Assembly: GCA_026786145.1 (NCBI GenBank)
Contig: JAJAYQ010000214.1
Span: forward strand, 1-37,725
DNA from: Spirochaetaceae bacterium
Lineage (GTDB): Bacteria; Actinomycetota; Actinomycetes; JACCUZ01
DNA length: 37,725 nucleotides
Direction: 5' to 3'
Under the pieces are notes generated by a model. The model was not told the DNA's origin. It did no database searches and worked only from the letters and a program-made list of their open reading frames with translations. This document shows, piece after piece, positions 29,179 to 37,201 of the stretch; the first letter of the stretch is position 1, and each line of letters begins with the position of its first letter. The position numbers were made by a program, and so were the translations under genes.

Positions 29179-29191
29179 CCCGACGTAGGGT
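29179..29191 (+). promoter_or_regulatory. 13-nt motif CCCGACGTAGGGT (contains -10-like TAGGGT) 6 nt upstream of the selD GTG
   Basis: Plus strand reads CCCGACGTAGGGT-tccggg-GTG(29198). It is the inverted copy of the selA motif on the other side of tRNA-Sec. Confidence 0.45.
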
Positions 29192-29197
29192 TCCGGG

Positions 29198-30226
29198 GTG
29201 AGGACAGGTTCGGTGACGCCGGGTCTGACCACGGCCGTGCGACTGACGCAGTACGCCCGGGGCGGGGGATGCGCCTGCAAGATCCCCCCCGGCGAGCTGG
29301 AGTCGATGCTGGCCGGGTTCGGCGACGTGGGTGACCTCGCCGACGCCGAGAACCTGTTGGTCGGGCTTACCACCGGTGACGACGCAGCGGTGGTCCGCAT
29401 CGACGGTAACCGCGCGGTGGTCGCTACCGCCGACTTCTTCACCCCCGTCGTGGACGACCCCTATGACTGGGGGCGCATCGCAGCCGCCAACGCTCTCTCC
29501 GACGTCTATGCCATGGGCGGCGAGCCCCTGGTGGCGGTCAACCTGCTGGCGTGGCCGCGCGACGTCCTGCCTCTCGACCTGGCTCGAGAGGTGCTGCGCG
29601 GCGGCCGCGACGTCGCGCACGCGGCGGGCTGCCACCTGGGTGGTGGGCACAGCGTGGACGACTCCGAGCCAAAGTACGGGATGGCTGTCACCGGCGTCGC
29701 CGACGCCGACCGGCTGCTGCGCAACGACGCTGGGGCCCCGGGCCTGCCGCTGACGCTGACCAAGCCGCTCGGGGTCGGCGTCCTCAACAGCAGGCACAAA
29801 GCCACCGGTGAGGTCTTCGCCCACGCCGTGGAGTCCATGGTGATGCTGAACAGGGACGCGTCACGAGCCGCTTTGCTCGCCGGGGTGCGCTGCGCCACTG
29901 ACGTGACCGGCTTCGGGCTGCTCGGACACCTGCACAAACTCGCGCGCGCGAGCGGGGTGAGCGCAGTGGTCGAGAGTGCGGCGGTGCCCTACCTGGACGG
30001 TGCGCGGGAGGCACTGCGCGACGGGTACGTCAGCGGCGGCACCCGGCGAAACCTCGACTGGGTGCGCCCGTCAGCGGACCTGGCCGTCGACGAGGACGAG
30101 GCGCTGCTGCTCGCGGACGCACAGACCAGCGGCGGCCTGCTCGTGGTCGGCGAGCTGCCGGGTCACCCCGTGGTCGGCGAGCTCGTTCCCGCCAGGCCCG
30201 ACGGGGTCACTGTCTCGGTCCGCTGA
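29198..30226 (+). CDS. selD: selenide, water dikinase (selenophosphate synthetase) SelD, Cys-type
   Basis: 342 aa. The N-terminus VRLTQYARGGGCACKIPPGELESML matches the SelD active-site loop, with Cys codons TGC at 29270-29278 and no TGA. An AIR-synthase-like fold follows (GDDAAV, DFFTP..DDP). Confidence 0.9.
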   Translation: MRTGSVTPGLTTAVRLTQYARGGGCACKIPPGELESMLAGFGDVGDLADAENLLVGLTTGDDAAVVRIDGNRAVVATADFFTPVVDDPYDWGRIAAANALSDVYAMGGEPLVAVNLLAWPRDVLPLDLAREVLRGGRDVAHAAGCHLGGGHSVDDSEPKYGMAVTGVADADRLLRNDAGAPGLPLTLTKPLGVGVLNSRHKATGEVFAHAVESMVMLNRDASRAALLAGVRCATDVTGFGLLGHLHKLARASGVSAVVESAAVPYLDGAREALRDGYVSGGTRRNLDWVRPSADLAVDEDEALLLADAQTSGGLLVVGELPGHPVVGELVPARPDGVTVSVR

Positions 30227-31314
30227 CGCTGATCGGCCAGCTCGGCTTCCCGCTTTGCCTGTGACTCACGCAGGGCCATCCGTTCCCGCTGCGGGACGAC
30301 GACGTACTTGGGGTCCTTGGTCGACTCCACACCGCCCTCGAAGATCCCGAACCGGGTCGCGAGCGACGCCGCGAGCAGGCAGATCCCGGAGACCGTCCGG
30401 ACCACTCGGCTGCGACCGCCCAGCAACGCGCCCGCGACGCCGGTCGCGGTGAGCACCTCGCCGGCCTGCAGGAGCCGGGCCGGACGGCCCCTCAGGTAGG
30501 GCTCGCTGAGCAGGCCCATCGTGTGGCGCACCGACCGCGCCCCGGCCATCTCCATCGCCGCCCCCATCACCGCCAGCCGTCGCGCCGGGCCGACGTCGGC
30601 CGCTCCTGCCGCGATGAGACCCATACCGGCGCCACTGGCCATCGCGCTGCCCGCGAACAGGAACGGCAGCTGCCGATAGGCCTCGTGCCACGAGGGGACG
30701 GCGGTGTCGGCCAGGAGGACGGCGGTGTACGTGGCCAGGGCGGGCGCGATTGCGGCCGCCGCGAGACCCGCCGGGCGCCCGACAGCGACGGCGGGCCCGC
30801 TGAGAACACCCAGCCGGTCGCGGACCGCGGGCAGCCGGGACGCTTCCGACACCGCAGCGACCCCGGCCGCTCCCCCGTACGCCGTGAGGATCCACGTCCC
30901 CACCGACATGGGTGAGGTGACCTTCGCGACGCGCAGCATGTTCAGGAATCTCTCCGGACGGCCCAGGTCCTTCACGAGGAAGAACGTGCTCGCGACCAGG
31001 GCACCCATCGCGCTGGCGCGCCCGGCGCGGCGCAGCGCCGGGCGACCGGTGAGGTCGGCGCCGGCCGCGAGCATCGACGAGCTTGCGGCGAGGCCACCGG
31101 TGAACAGGTAGATCGCAACGTCGTGCTTCCACACCGGCGGCTTGAGGATCGCCCGCCCGTAGTAGGACTGGAAGTCCGCCTCGGGCACCATGAGCTCCTG
31201 GCTCTGCCCGTGACCGCCCCCGCGCCTGCCTCCGCCCTGACCCTTGCGTCGCCGCCCGCCGTCACCCGCGGACCAGAGTCGGGCGGCCTGGCCACCTTCC
31301 GGCTGACTGCTCAT
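30163..31314 (-). CDS. NrfD/PsrC-family integral membrane subunit (putative quinone-interacting anchor of the formate dehydrogenase)
   Basis: 383 aa from ATG 31314 (ATGA overlap with the fdhB stop); ATG 31191 is an alternative. The N-terminus is Gly/Arg-rich, followed by SYYGRAILKPPVWKHDVAIYLFTGGLA and about 8 further hydrophobic segments. The last 64 nt overlap the selD 3' end convergently. Confidence 0.75.
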   Translation of the reverse strand: MSSQPEGGQAARLWSAGDGGRRRKGQGGGRRGGGHGQSQELMVPEADFQSYYGRAILKPPVWKHDVAIYLFTGGLAASSSMLAAGADLTGRPALRRAGRASAMGALVASTFFLVKDLGRPERFLNMLRVAKVTSPMSVGTWILTAYGGAAGVAAVSEASRLPAVRDRLGVLSGPAVAVGRPAGLAAAAIAPALATYTAVLLADTAVPSWHEAYRQLPFLFAGSAMASGAGMGLIAAGAADVGPARRLAVMGAAMEMAGARSVRHTMGLLSEPYLRGRPARLLQAGEVLTATGVAGALLGGRSRVVRTVSGICLLAASLATRFGIFEGGVESTKDPKYVVVPQRERMALRESQAKREAELADQRQRTETVTPSGLAGTSSPTTG

Positions 31315-32372
31315 CGGCGGCCGCCGACGAATGCGGAGACCACGCCCACGGCCATGACGGCAGCCGCGAGGCCGGCGCGGCGCCACATGTCCGGTAGGTC
31401 CTTGGTCGACACGATGGGATCGGGTGGCAGGCCGTAGACCTCGGGCTCGTCGAGCAGGAGGAAGAATGCCCCGTCACCTCCGACGCCGTCGTTCTCGTCG
31501 TGGCCGTAGAGGCGGGCTTCTTGCACGCCGCTCCCGTGCAGCTGCTCGAGCCGACGGTCGGCTCGTTCCCGCAGCTCGTCGAGGTCGCCGAACTGGATCG
31601 ACTCGGTGGGGCACGCCTTGGCACAGGCCGGCTCCATGTCTCCCTTGAGCCGGTCGTAGCACAGCGTGCACTTCCAGGCGCGTCCGTCGGTCTCGCGCTT
31701 GTCGATGACGCCATAGGGACAGGCCGAGACGCAGTACCCGCAGCCGTTGCAGATGTCCTGCTGCACCACGACCGTCCCGAACTCGGTGCGGAAGAGCGAC
31801 CCCGTCGGGCACACGTCGAGGCAGGCCGCATGGGTGCAGTGCTTGCACACGTCGCTAGCCATCAGCCAGCGCAGGTCGGTGCGCGCAGCGACGTCCCCGC
31901 CGGCCCCGGGCAGGGTAGCTGTCGGCATCCCGAGGAAGGCGGTGGCCGACTCGGCTGAGTCGGCGGCGGCGTCGGCAACCGGCTCCTGCTTTCCCCGAGT
32001 TCCCAACCCGGGTGCGTGGCCCGTGGCGACCACTCCGGCCTCGACGACGGCCGCTGCAGCTGCACTGCCGGACGGACCGGTCGGCAGGTCGGCGAACGGG
32101 GCGGACTGCGCACCGATCGGCCGGGCCTGCTCGATGAAGGCGACGTGTCGCCAGCTGTCGGCGCCGAGCATGCCGGTGTTGTCGAAGGACATGCCCAACA
32201 GGTTCAGGCCGTCGGAAGGGACGCCGTTCCACTCTTTGCAGGCGACCTCGCAGGCCTTGCAGCCGATGCAGACGCTGGTGTCGGTGAAGAACCCCTTGCG
32301 AGGCGGCGGGTCGACGTAGCCGGCGTCGGGCGCCGGGTCGAGCGGTCCGGACAGGCTGTTGCGGCTGACCAT
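31311..32372 (-). CDS. fdhB: formate dehydrogenase iron-sulfur (four-cluster) beta subunit
   Basis: 353 aa from ATG 32372, 1 nt after the fdhA stop. Cys clusters are CIGCKACEVAC, CKHCTHAACLDVCP, CNGCGYCVSACP and CTLC...CAKACP. A C-terminal TM helix is present (AGLAAAVMAVGVVSAFVGG). An ~80-aa Ala/Gly-rich insertion follows the first cluster. Confidence 0.85.
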   Translation of the reverse strand: MVSRNSLSGPLDPAPDAGYVDPPPRKGFFTDTSVCIGCKACEVACKEWNGVPSDGLNLLGMSFDNTGMLGADSWRHVAFIEQARPIGAQSAPFADLPTGPSGSAAAAAVVEAGVVATGHAPGLGTRGKQEPVADAAADSAESATAFLGMPTATLPGAGGDVAARTDLRWLMASDVCKHCTHAACLDVCPTGSLFRTEFGTVVVQQDICNGCGYCVSACPYGVIDKRETDGRAWKCTLCYDRLKGDMEPACAKACPTESIQFGDLDELRERADRRLEQLHGSGVQEARLYGHDENDGVGGDGAFFLLLDEPEVYGLPPDPIVSTKDLPDMWRRAGLAAAVMAVGVVSAFVGGRR

Positions 32373-32373
32373 C

Positions 32374-35300
32374 TCAGTTCTCCGTCCCCTCGTGCTCGTT
32401 GTCGACTCGACCACTCGACCCGGCCGTGACGATCGGGATGTGCTGCCCGTCGGCTACCCCGGCGCGGCGGCGGTAGTCCTCCACGAAGTCGAGCAGTGCC
32501 GGCCCGGTGGGCCGCCGCCCCGGCCGTACGTCGCAGGTGCCGACCTTGCTCTCCTGGATGAGCGCGTTGGGGTCGAGGTTGATGCTCAACAAGTCGTTGG
32601 CCGAGTCGCCGGCAGTGAGCCCGCCCTGGCCCCAGTGGTAGGGCAGCCAGACCTGGTGCACCACCCGGTTCTCGACGCGCAACGGCACCATGCGGTCGGT
32701 CACCAGGACGCGCGCCTCGATGGCGGACCGGGCCGTGACGATGTGCGCCCACCCGAGGTGCTCCAGTCGCCGTTCGGCGGCGAGCTCGGGAGACACCTCG
32801 ACGAACATGGCCGGCATCAGCTCGGCGAGGTACTCCACGTAGCGGCTCATGGCGCCGGACGTGTGGTGTTCGGTGAGCCGGCTGGTGGTGAAGATGAACG
32901 GGAAGACGTCGCTGTGCGGCTCCGGCGGGCTCGGGTTGGTCAGGTTGGACGGGTGCTCGTAGACCTTCCGGGTCGGGTTGCCCTGCTGTCCGTACAGGCT
33001 GTTGCGGAACGGGGACTCCGCTGCCTCGTAGTGCGTGGGCATGGGCCCGTCGATGAGACCGACGGGGGCGTAGAGCCAGCCCTTCCCGTCGCTCTGCATG
33101 ATGAAGGGGTCGTCACCGTTGATGGCCTCGACACCTGATGCGCCGTCGGGAGCGCGGTAGCCCGGCGCTTTGTTTTTCTCGAAGTCGGGGACGTCGGGAC
33201 CGCTCCACTCCCCCTTGTCCTCGTCCCACCACAGGTACTTCTTGCGGTCGCTCCACGGCCGCCCCTGGGGGTCGGCCGAGGCCCGGTTGTAGAGGAGGCG
33301 GCGGTTCGCCGGCCAGGCCCAGCCCCACTCCGCGGCCACCTCGTCCTGCTCGGCGCGGGGCTTGCGGCGCGCGGCCTGGTTCACCCCGTCGGCGTACACG
33401 CCGGTGTAGATCCAGCACCCGCCGACCGTGGAGCCGTCGTCCTTCAGCTCGGTGAAGCTCGACAGCGGCGACCTGTCCGCCACCTGGAAGCCGTTGATCT
33501 CCTGCAGGACCGCCTCGGCGCTGGGTTCGGCATGCACCCCGTGTGTCGGGTAGTCCCAGACCAGGTCCAGCACCGCGCGGTCCCTCTGTTCGGTCGAGCC
33601 GGCCAGTCGCTGCCGCACCATCTCGCCCAGGTGGTAGACGAACCACAGCTCGGAGCGGCAGTCGCCCTCGGCGTCGACAGCCTTCTCCCGCCACTGCAGG
33701 AGGCGCTGGGTCTGGGTGAAGGTGCCCTCCTTCTCGACGTATGACGCGGCGGGAAGGAAGAAGACCTCGGTGCGGCACTCCTCGGGCACGATCTCGCCGG
33801 TGGCCACTTCCGGCCCGTCCTGCCAGAACGTCGCGCTTTCGATCATGAACAGGTCACGCACAACGAGCCAGTCCAGGTTGGCCATGCCCAGCCGCTGCGC
33901 CTTGCCGTGCGCGGACCCGACGGCGGGGTTCTGCCCGAGCAGGAAGTAGCCCTTGATCTTGCCGTCGATCATGTCCAGCACCTGCTGGTAGGTGCCGTGG
34001 TCGCCGGTCAGTCGCGGCAGGTGGTCGAAGCAGTAGTCGTTCTCCGCCGTCGCCGCGTCACCCCAGTAGGCCTTGAGGAGGCTGACCCCGTAGGCGCCGG
34101 CGTTGGACCAGAACCCCTTCTGGCCGGGAAGGCGCATGTCGTCGACCCACTGCTGCAACGTCTCGTGCTGCTCGTGATGCGGCATCGGGAGGTAGCCGGG
34201 AAGGAGGTTGAACAGCGTGGGGATGTCGGTGGAGCCCTGGATGCTCGCGTGTCCCCGCAGCGGCATGATGCCGCCACCCGGACGCCCGACGTTGCCCAGC
34301 AGCAGCTGCAGGATCGCCCCGGCCCGGATGTACTGCACACCGGTGGTGTGCTGGGTCCAGCCGACGGAGTAGACGAGCATGGTGGTCCGTTCGCGCCCCG
34401 AGTTGGCGGCCCACGCCTGGCACACCTCGAGGAACTTCTCCGGAGGCACCCCGCAGACCCGTTGGACCATCTCCGGGGTGTAACGGGCGTAGTGCCGTTT
34501 GAGCACCTGGTAGACGCAGCGCGGGTGCTGCAGTGTCTCGTCCCGCTGGATGTCCGAGGGCGTCGCGCCGCCGTGCGACTCGCCGCTGCTGGCGTCCCCC
34601 TCGTGACCCTCGGTCCCTTCGTACTGCCACGAGGACGAGTCGTAGGTGCGCGTCTCGGGGTCGAAGCCGGAGAAGAGGCCGTCGAGGTCGTCGACATCGA
34701 CGAACTGGTCGCTGACGATCGTCGCCGCGTTGGTGTAGGCGACGACGTACTCCCGGAAGTCGAGGTCGTTCTGCAGGACGTAGTTGATGATGCCGCCGAG
34801 GAACGCGACGTCGGAACCGGCGCGCAACGGCACGAACGTGTCAGCGAGAGCGCTCGTACGCGTGAAGCGCGGGTCGACGTGGATGACTTTCGCGCCACGG
34901 GCCTTGGCCTCCATCACCCATTGGAACCCGACCGGATGCGCCTCGGCCATGTTGGAGCCCTGGATGATGACGCAGTCGGAGTTGGCGATGTCCTGCTGGA
35001 AGTTGGTGGCGCCGCCACGGCCGAACGAGGTCCCCAGACCGGGGACCGTGGCGGAGTGTCAAATACGGGCCTGGTTCTCGATCTGCAGGGCGCCCAACGC
35101 CGTGAACAGCTTCTTGATGAGGTAGTTCTCCTCGTTGTCCAGCGTGGCCCCGCCGAGGCTCGCGATGCCCCTCGTCCGGTGCAGCGGGCGACCGTGGTCG
35201 TCCCGGTCCTCCCACGTGTCGGCACGGGCGGCGACGACGCGATCGGCGATCATCTCCATCGCTGTCTCGAGGTCCAGCGACTCCCACTCGGTGCCGTAGG

Positions 35301-35628
35301 GCTTGCGGTAGAGCACCTGCTTCTGACGCAACGCGCTGGTGACGAGGTTCTTGCTCGCGCTGCCCTTGGGGCAGAGCCGCCCGCGCGAGATGGGGCTGTC
35401 GGGGTCGCCCTCGATCTGGGTGATCTTCCCGTCGGTGACGTAGACCTTCTGGCCGCACCCGACCGCGCAGTACGGGCACACCGAGCGGGCGACCCGGTCG
35501 GCCTTGTCGGTACGCGGCTCGAGGTTCTCCGACCAGGGCGACATCGCCGCGGTGCCGCGTCCCAGCGGGTCGTTCCCCGTGAGCTGCCGGTAGACCGGCC
35601 AGCCTTCGACCCAGGTCCGGACACCCAT
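32374..35628 (-). CDS. fdhA: formate dehydrogenase molybdopterin alpha subunit, selenocysteine-containing (UGA at 35059-35061 = codon 190)
   Basis: Track ORFs 35059..35628 and 32374..34950 are in the same frame, with no other stop from 35058 to 32377. The junction reads LQIENQARI-[UGA]-HSATVPGLGTSFGRGGATN, matching the FdnG/FdhF Sec site. The N-terminal 4Fe-4S motif is CPYCAVGCG...C. A SECIS hairpin lies 11 nt downstream of the UGA. The sel genes are adjacent. Confidence 0.9.
35014..35058 (-). promoter_or_regulatory. bacterial SECIS element directing Sec insertion at the fdhA UGA
   Basis: The mRNA reads UGA-CACUCCGCCAC(11 nt)-GGUCCCC-GGUCU-GGGGACC (35029-35047). This is a 7-bp stem with a GGUCU apical loop. 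A possible lower stem is GCCAC/GUGGC. The spacing and loop resemble the E. coli fdhF SECIS. Confidence 0.65.
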
Positions 35629-35748
35629 CGCACACCCCCGTCCGACGTCCTGCTAGATGTTGTGGTCTGGACCAATCACTTTCGGCTGACCTACCCCGCC
35701 TAGGCTGACCGTAGTCCACCGGGATGCGAGAGGCAGGCAGGCGGGTCG

Positions 35749-36585
35749 ATGGGCAGGATCACCTCACGTCGCCGGGTCGTGCGGGTCGCACCCGACGGGA
35801 CGCGCACCCGCGTCGACACCCTCGCGGTCGAGGAGCCGCTGGAGGTGCGCCTGGGCGGCGACGTCCTCAACGTCACGATGCGCACGCCGGGCAACGACTT
35901 CGACCTCGTCGCGGGCTGGCTCGTCGCCGAGGGACTGGTGCGAGAGCAGTCCGACCTGGTCTCCGCGTCCTACTGTGCCGGCCTGGACGAGGACGGTCGG
36001 CAGACCTACAACGTCGTCGAGGTCACGCTGGCCGAGGGGGTGGGTGGGCGCGTGAACCGTCCCGCACGCAGCACCTGGACGAGCAGCGCGTGCGGTGTGT
36101 GCGGCGCATCCTCCCTCGACGCGGTGCGGGTCGCGTCGCCGTACGACGTCGCCGCCGACGACGTGGAGGTCGACGCGGGGCTGCTGTCCTCGCTCCCCGA
36201 CCGCCTCCGCGGCTTCCAGAGCGTGTTCGAGCAGACCGGTGGGCTGCACGCCGCCGGCCTGTTCGACGCGACCGGCGACCTGCTCTGCGTGCGCGAGGAC
36301 GTCGGCCGGCACAACGCAGTGGACAAGGTCGTCGGCTGGGCGCTGCGCGAGGGGCGCCTCCCGCTCCGCGGGCACGTCCTGCAGGTCAGCGGGCGCGCCT
36401 CGTTCGAGCTGGTGCAGAAGGCGGTGGTCGCCGGCATCCCCGTGCTGTCCGCGGTGTCCGCCCCCTCCAGCCTTGCGGCCGAGCTCGCCGAGGAGACGGG
36501 ACTCACCCTTGCCGGGTTCGTGCGGGGGGGCAGTTTCAACCTCTACTCACACGCAGGGCGCGTGCGTAGTCCCGCTGGTCGTTGA
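35749..36585 (+). CDS. fdhD: formate dehydrogenase accessory sulfurtransferase FdhD
   Basis: 278 aa. Motifs: EEPLEVRL, SSACGVCGASSLD, REDVGRHNAVDKVVGW, SGRASFELVQKA. Confidence 0.9.
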   Translation: MGRITSRRRVVRVAPDGTRTRVDTLAVEEPLEVRLGGDVLNVTMRTPGNDFDLVAGWLVAEGLVREQSDLVSASYCAGLDEDGRQTYNVVEVTLAEGVGGRVNRPARSTWTSSACGVCGASSLDAVRVASPYDVAADDVEVDAGLLSSLPDRLRGFQSVFEQTGGLHAAGLFDATGDLLCVREDVGRHNAVDKVVGWALREGRLPLRGHVLQVSGRASFELVQKAVVAGIPVLSAVSAPSSLAAELAEETGLTLAGFVRGGSFNLYSHAGRVRSPAGR

Positions 36586-37165
36586 CGTTCGTCACGGACA
36601 GGAGCGACGGGTCGGACGCTGCGACCTCAGGGTCGCGGAGCAGCTCGTCAGACCCGAGGTGCCGCACGCGCCGTGCAGCGAGGAAGGTGAGCAGGCGCAG
36701 CTCGCCGGAAGCCACGGCCGCCTCCGCGGGACCGGCCAGCGAGGACCGGTAGGCGGCTGCCAGCGGGTGGGCCCGGCCACCGGCCACCGGTACCACGGCT
36801 TCGGAGTCGGGGTTCTGCCGCAGCTCACGGAGGACACACCGTACGAACGACACGCCGAGGAAAGGGAGGTCGGTCGAGCAGACGAACGCCACGTCGGCCC
36901 GGTCGGCGAGCATGCGCAGCCCGACGGCCAGCCCCTGGACGGGCCCCAGACCCTCCTGAGGGTCCTCGTACACCTCGACGGAAGCCGGGAGCGGAGGAAG
37001 GCTCTGGCCGGGCGACCGAACGACAAGCACAGGACCGTCGACGGCGCTCAGCAGTACCGCGCACGTCGTTTCGAGCAGCGTCGATCCCCGCCAGCCGAGC
37101 CACGCCTTGGGCGCGCCCATGCGCGTGGATCGCCCGCCGACCACCACTACTCCCCCGGCATCCAT
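36536..37165 (-). CDS. mobA: molybdenum cofactor guanylyltransferase MobA
   Basis: 209 aa from ATG 37165. The N-terminus is VVVVGGRSTRMGAPKAWL, with CSTDLPFL also present. TACGAT lies 6 nt upstream of the ATG. The 3' end overlaps the fdhD 3' end by 50 nt. Confidence 0.8.
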   Translation of the reverse strand: MDAGGVVVVGGRSTRMGAPKAWLGWRGSTLLETTCAVLLSAVDGPVLVVRSPGQSLPPLPASVEVYEDPQEGLGPVQGLAVGLRMLADRADVAFVCSTDLPFLGVSFVRCVLRELRQNPDSEAVVPVAGGRAHPLAAAYRSSLAGPAEAAVASGELRLLTFLAARRVRHLGSDELLRDPEVAASDPSLLSVTNVNDQRDYARALRVSRG

Positions 37166-37171
37166 GCCCGG

Positions 37172-37177
37172 ATCGTA
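37172..37177 (-). promoter_or_regulatory. -10-like TACGAT 6 nt upstream of the mobA ATG (leaderless-type arrangement)
   Basis: Minus strand reads TACGAT-ccgggc-ATG(37165). Confidence 0.35.
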
Positions 37178-37201
37178 GGCACGACGGTCAACAGAGGCGT
37201 G

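Noticed and set aside
29016-29191. The inverted 13-nt repeats flanking tRNA-Sec, considered as att-like ends of an integrated element.
   Set aside because: No integrase or other mobile gene is nearby. Each copy sits at exactly the same distance from a start codon, which fits promoter function better.
29270-29278. selD itself as a selenoprotein.
   Set aside because: The active-site loop GGGCACK uses TGC Cys codons, and the gene contains no in-frame TGA.
33907-35703. 598-aa plus-strand ORF antisense to fdhA. Similar long antisense ORFs are 14955..16268, 24298..25314 and 26827..28386.
   Set aside because: They have no domain-like motifs and lie opposite strongly supported genes (fdhA, gcvP, the pyrophosphorylase, selA/selB). 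I interpret them as GC-driven open frames.
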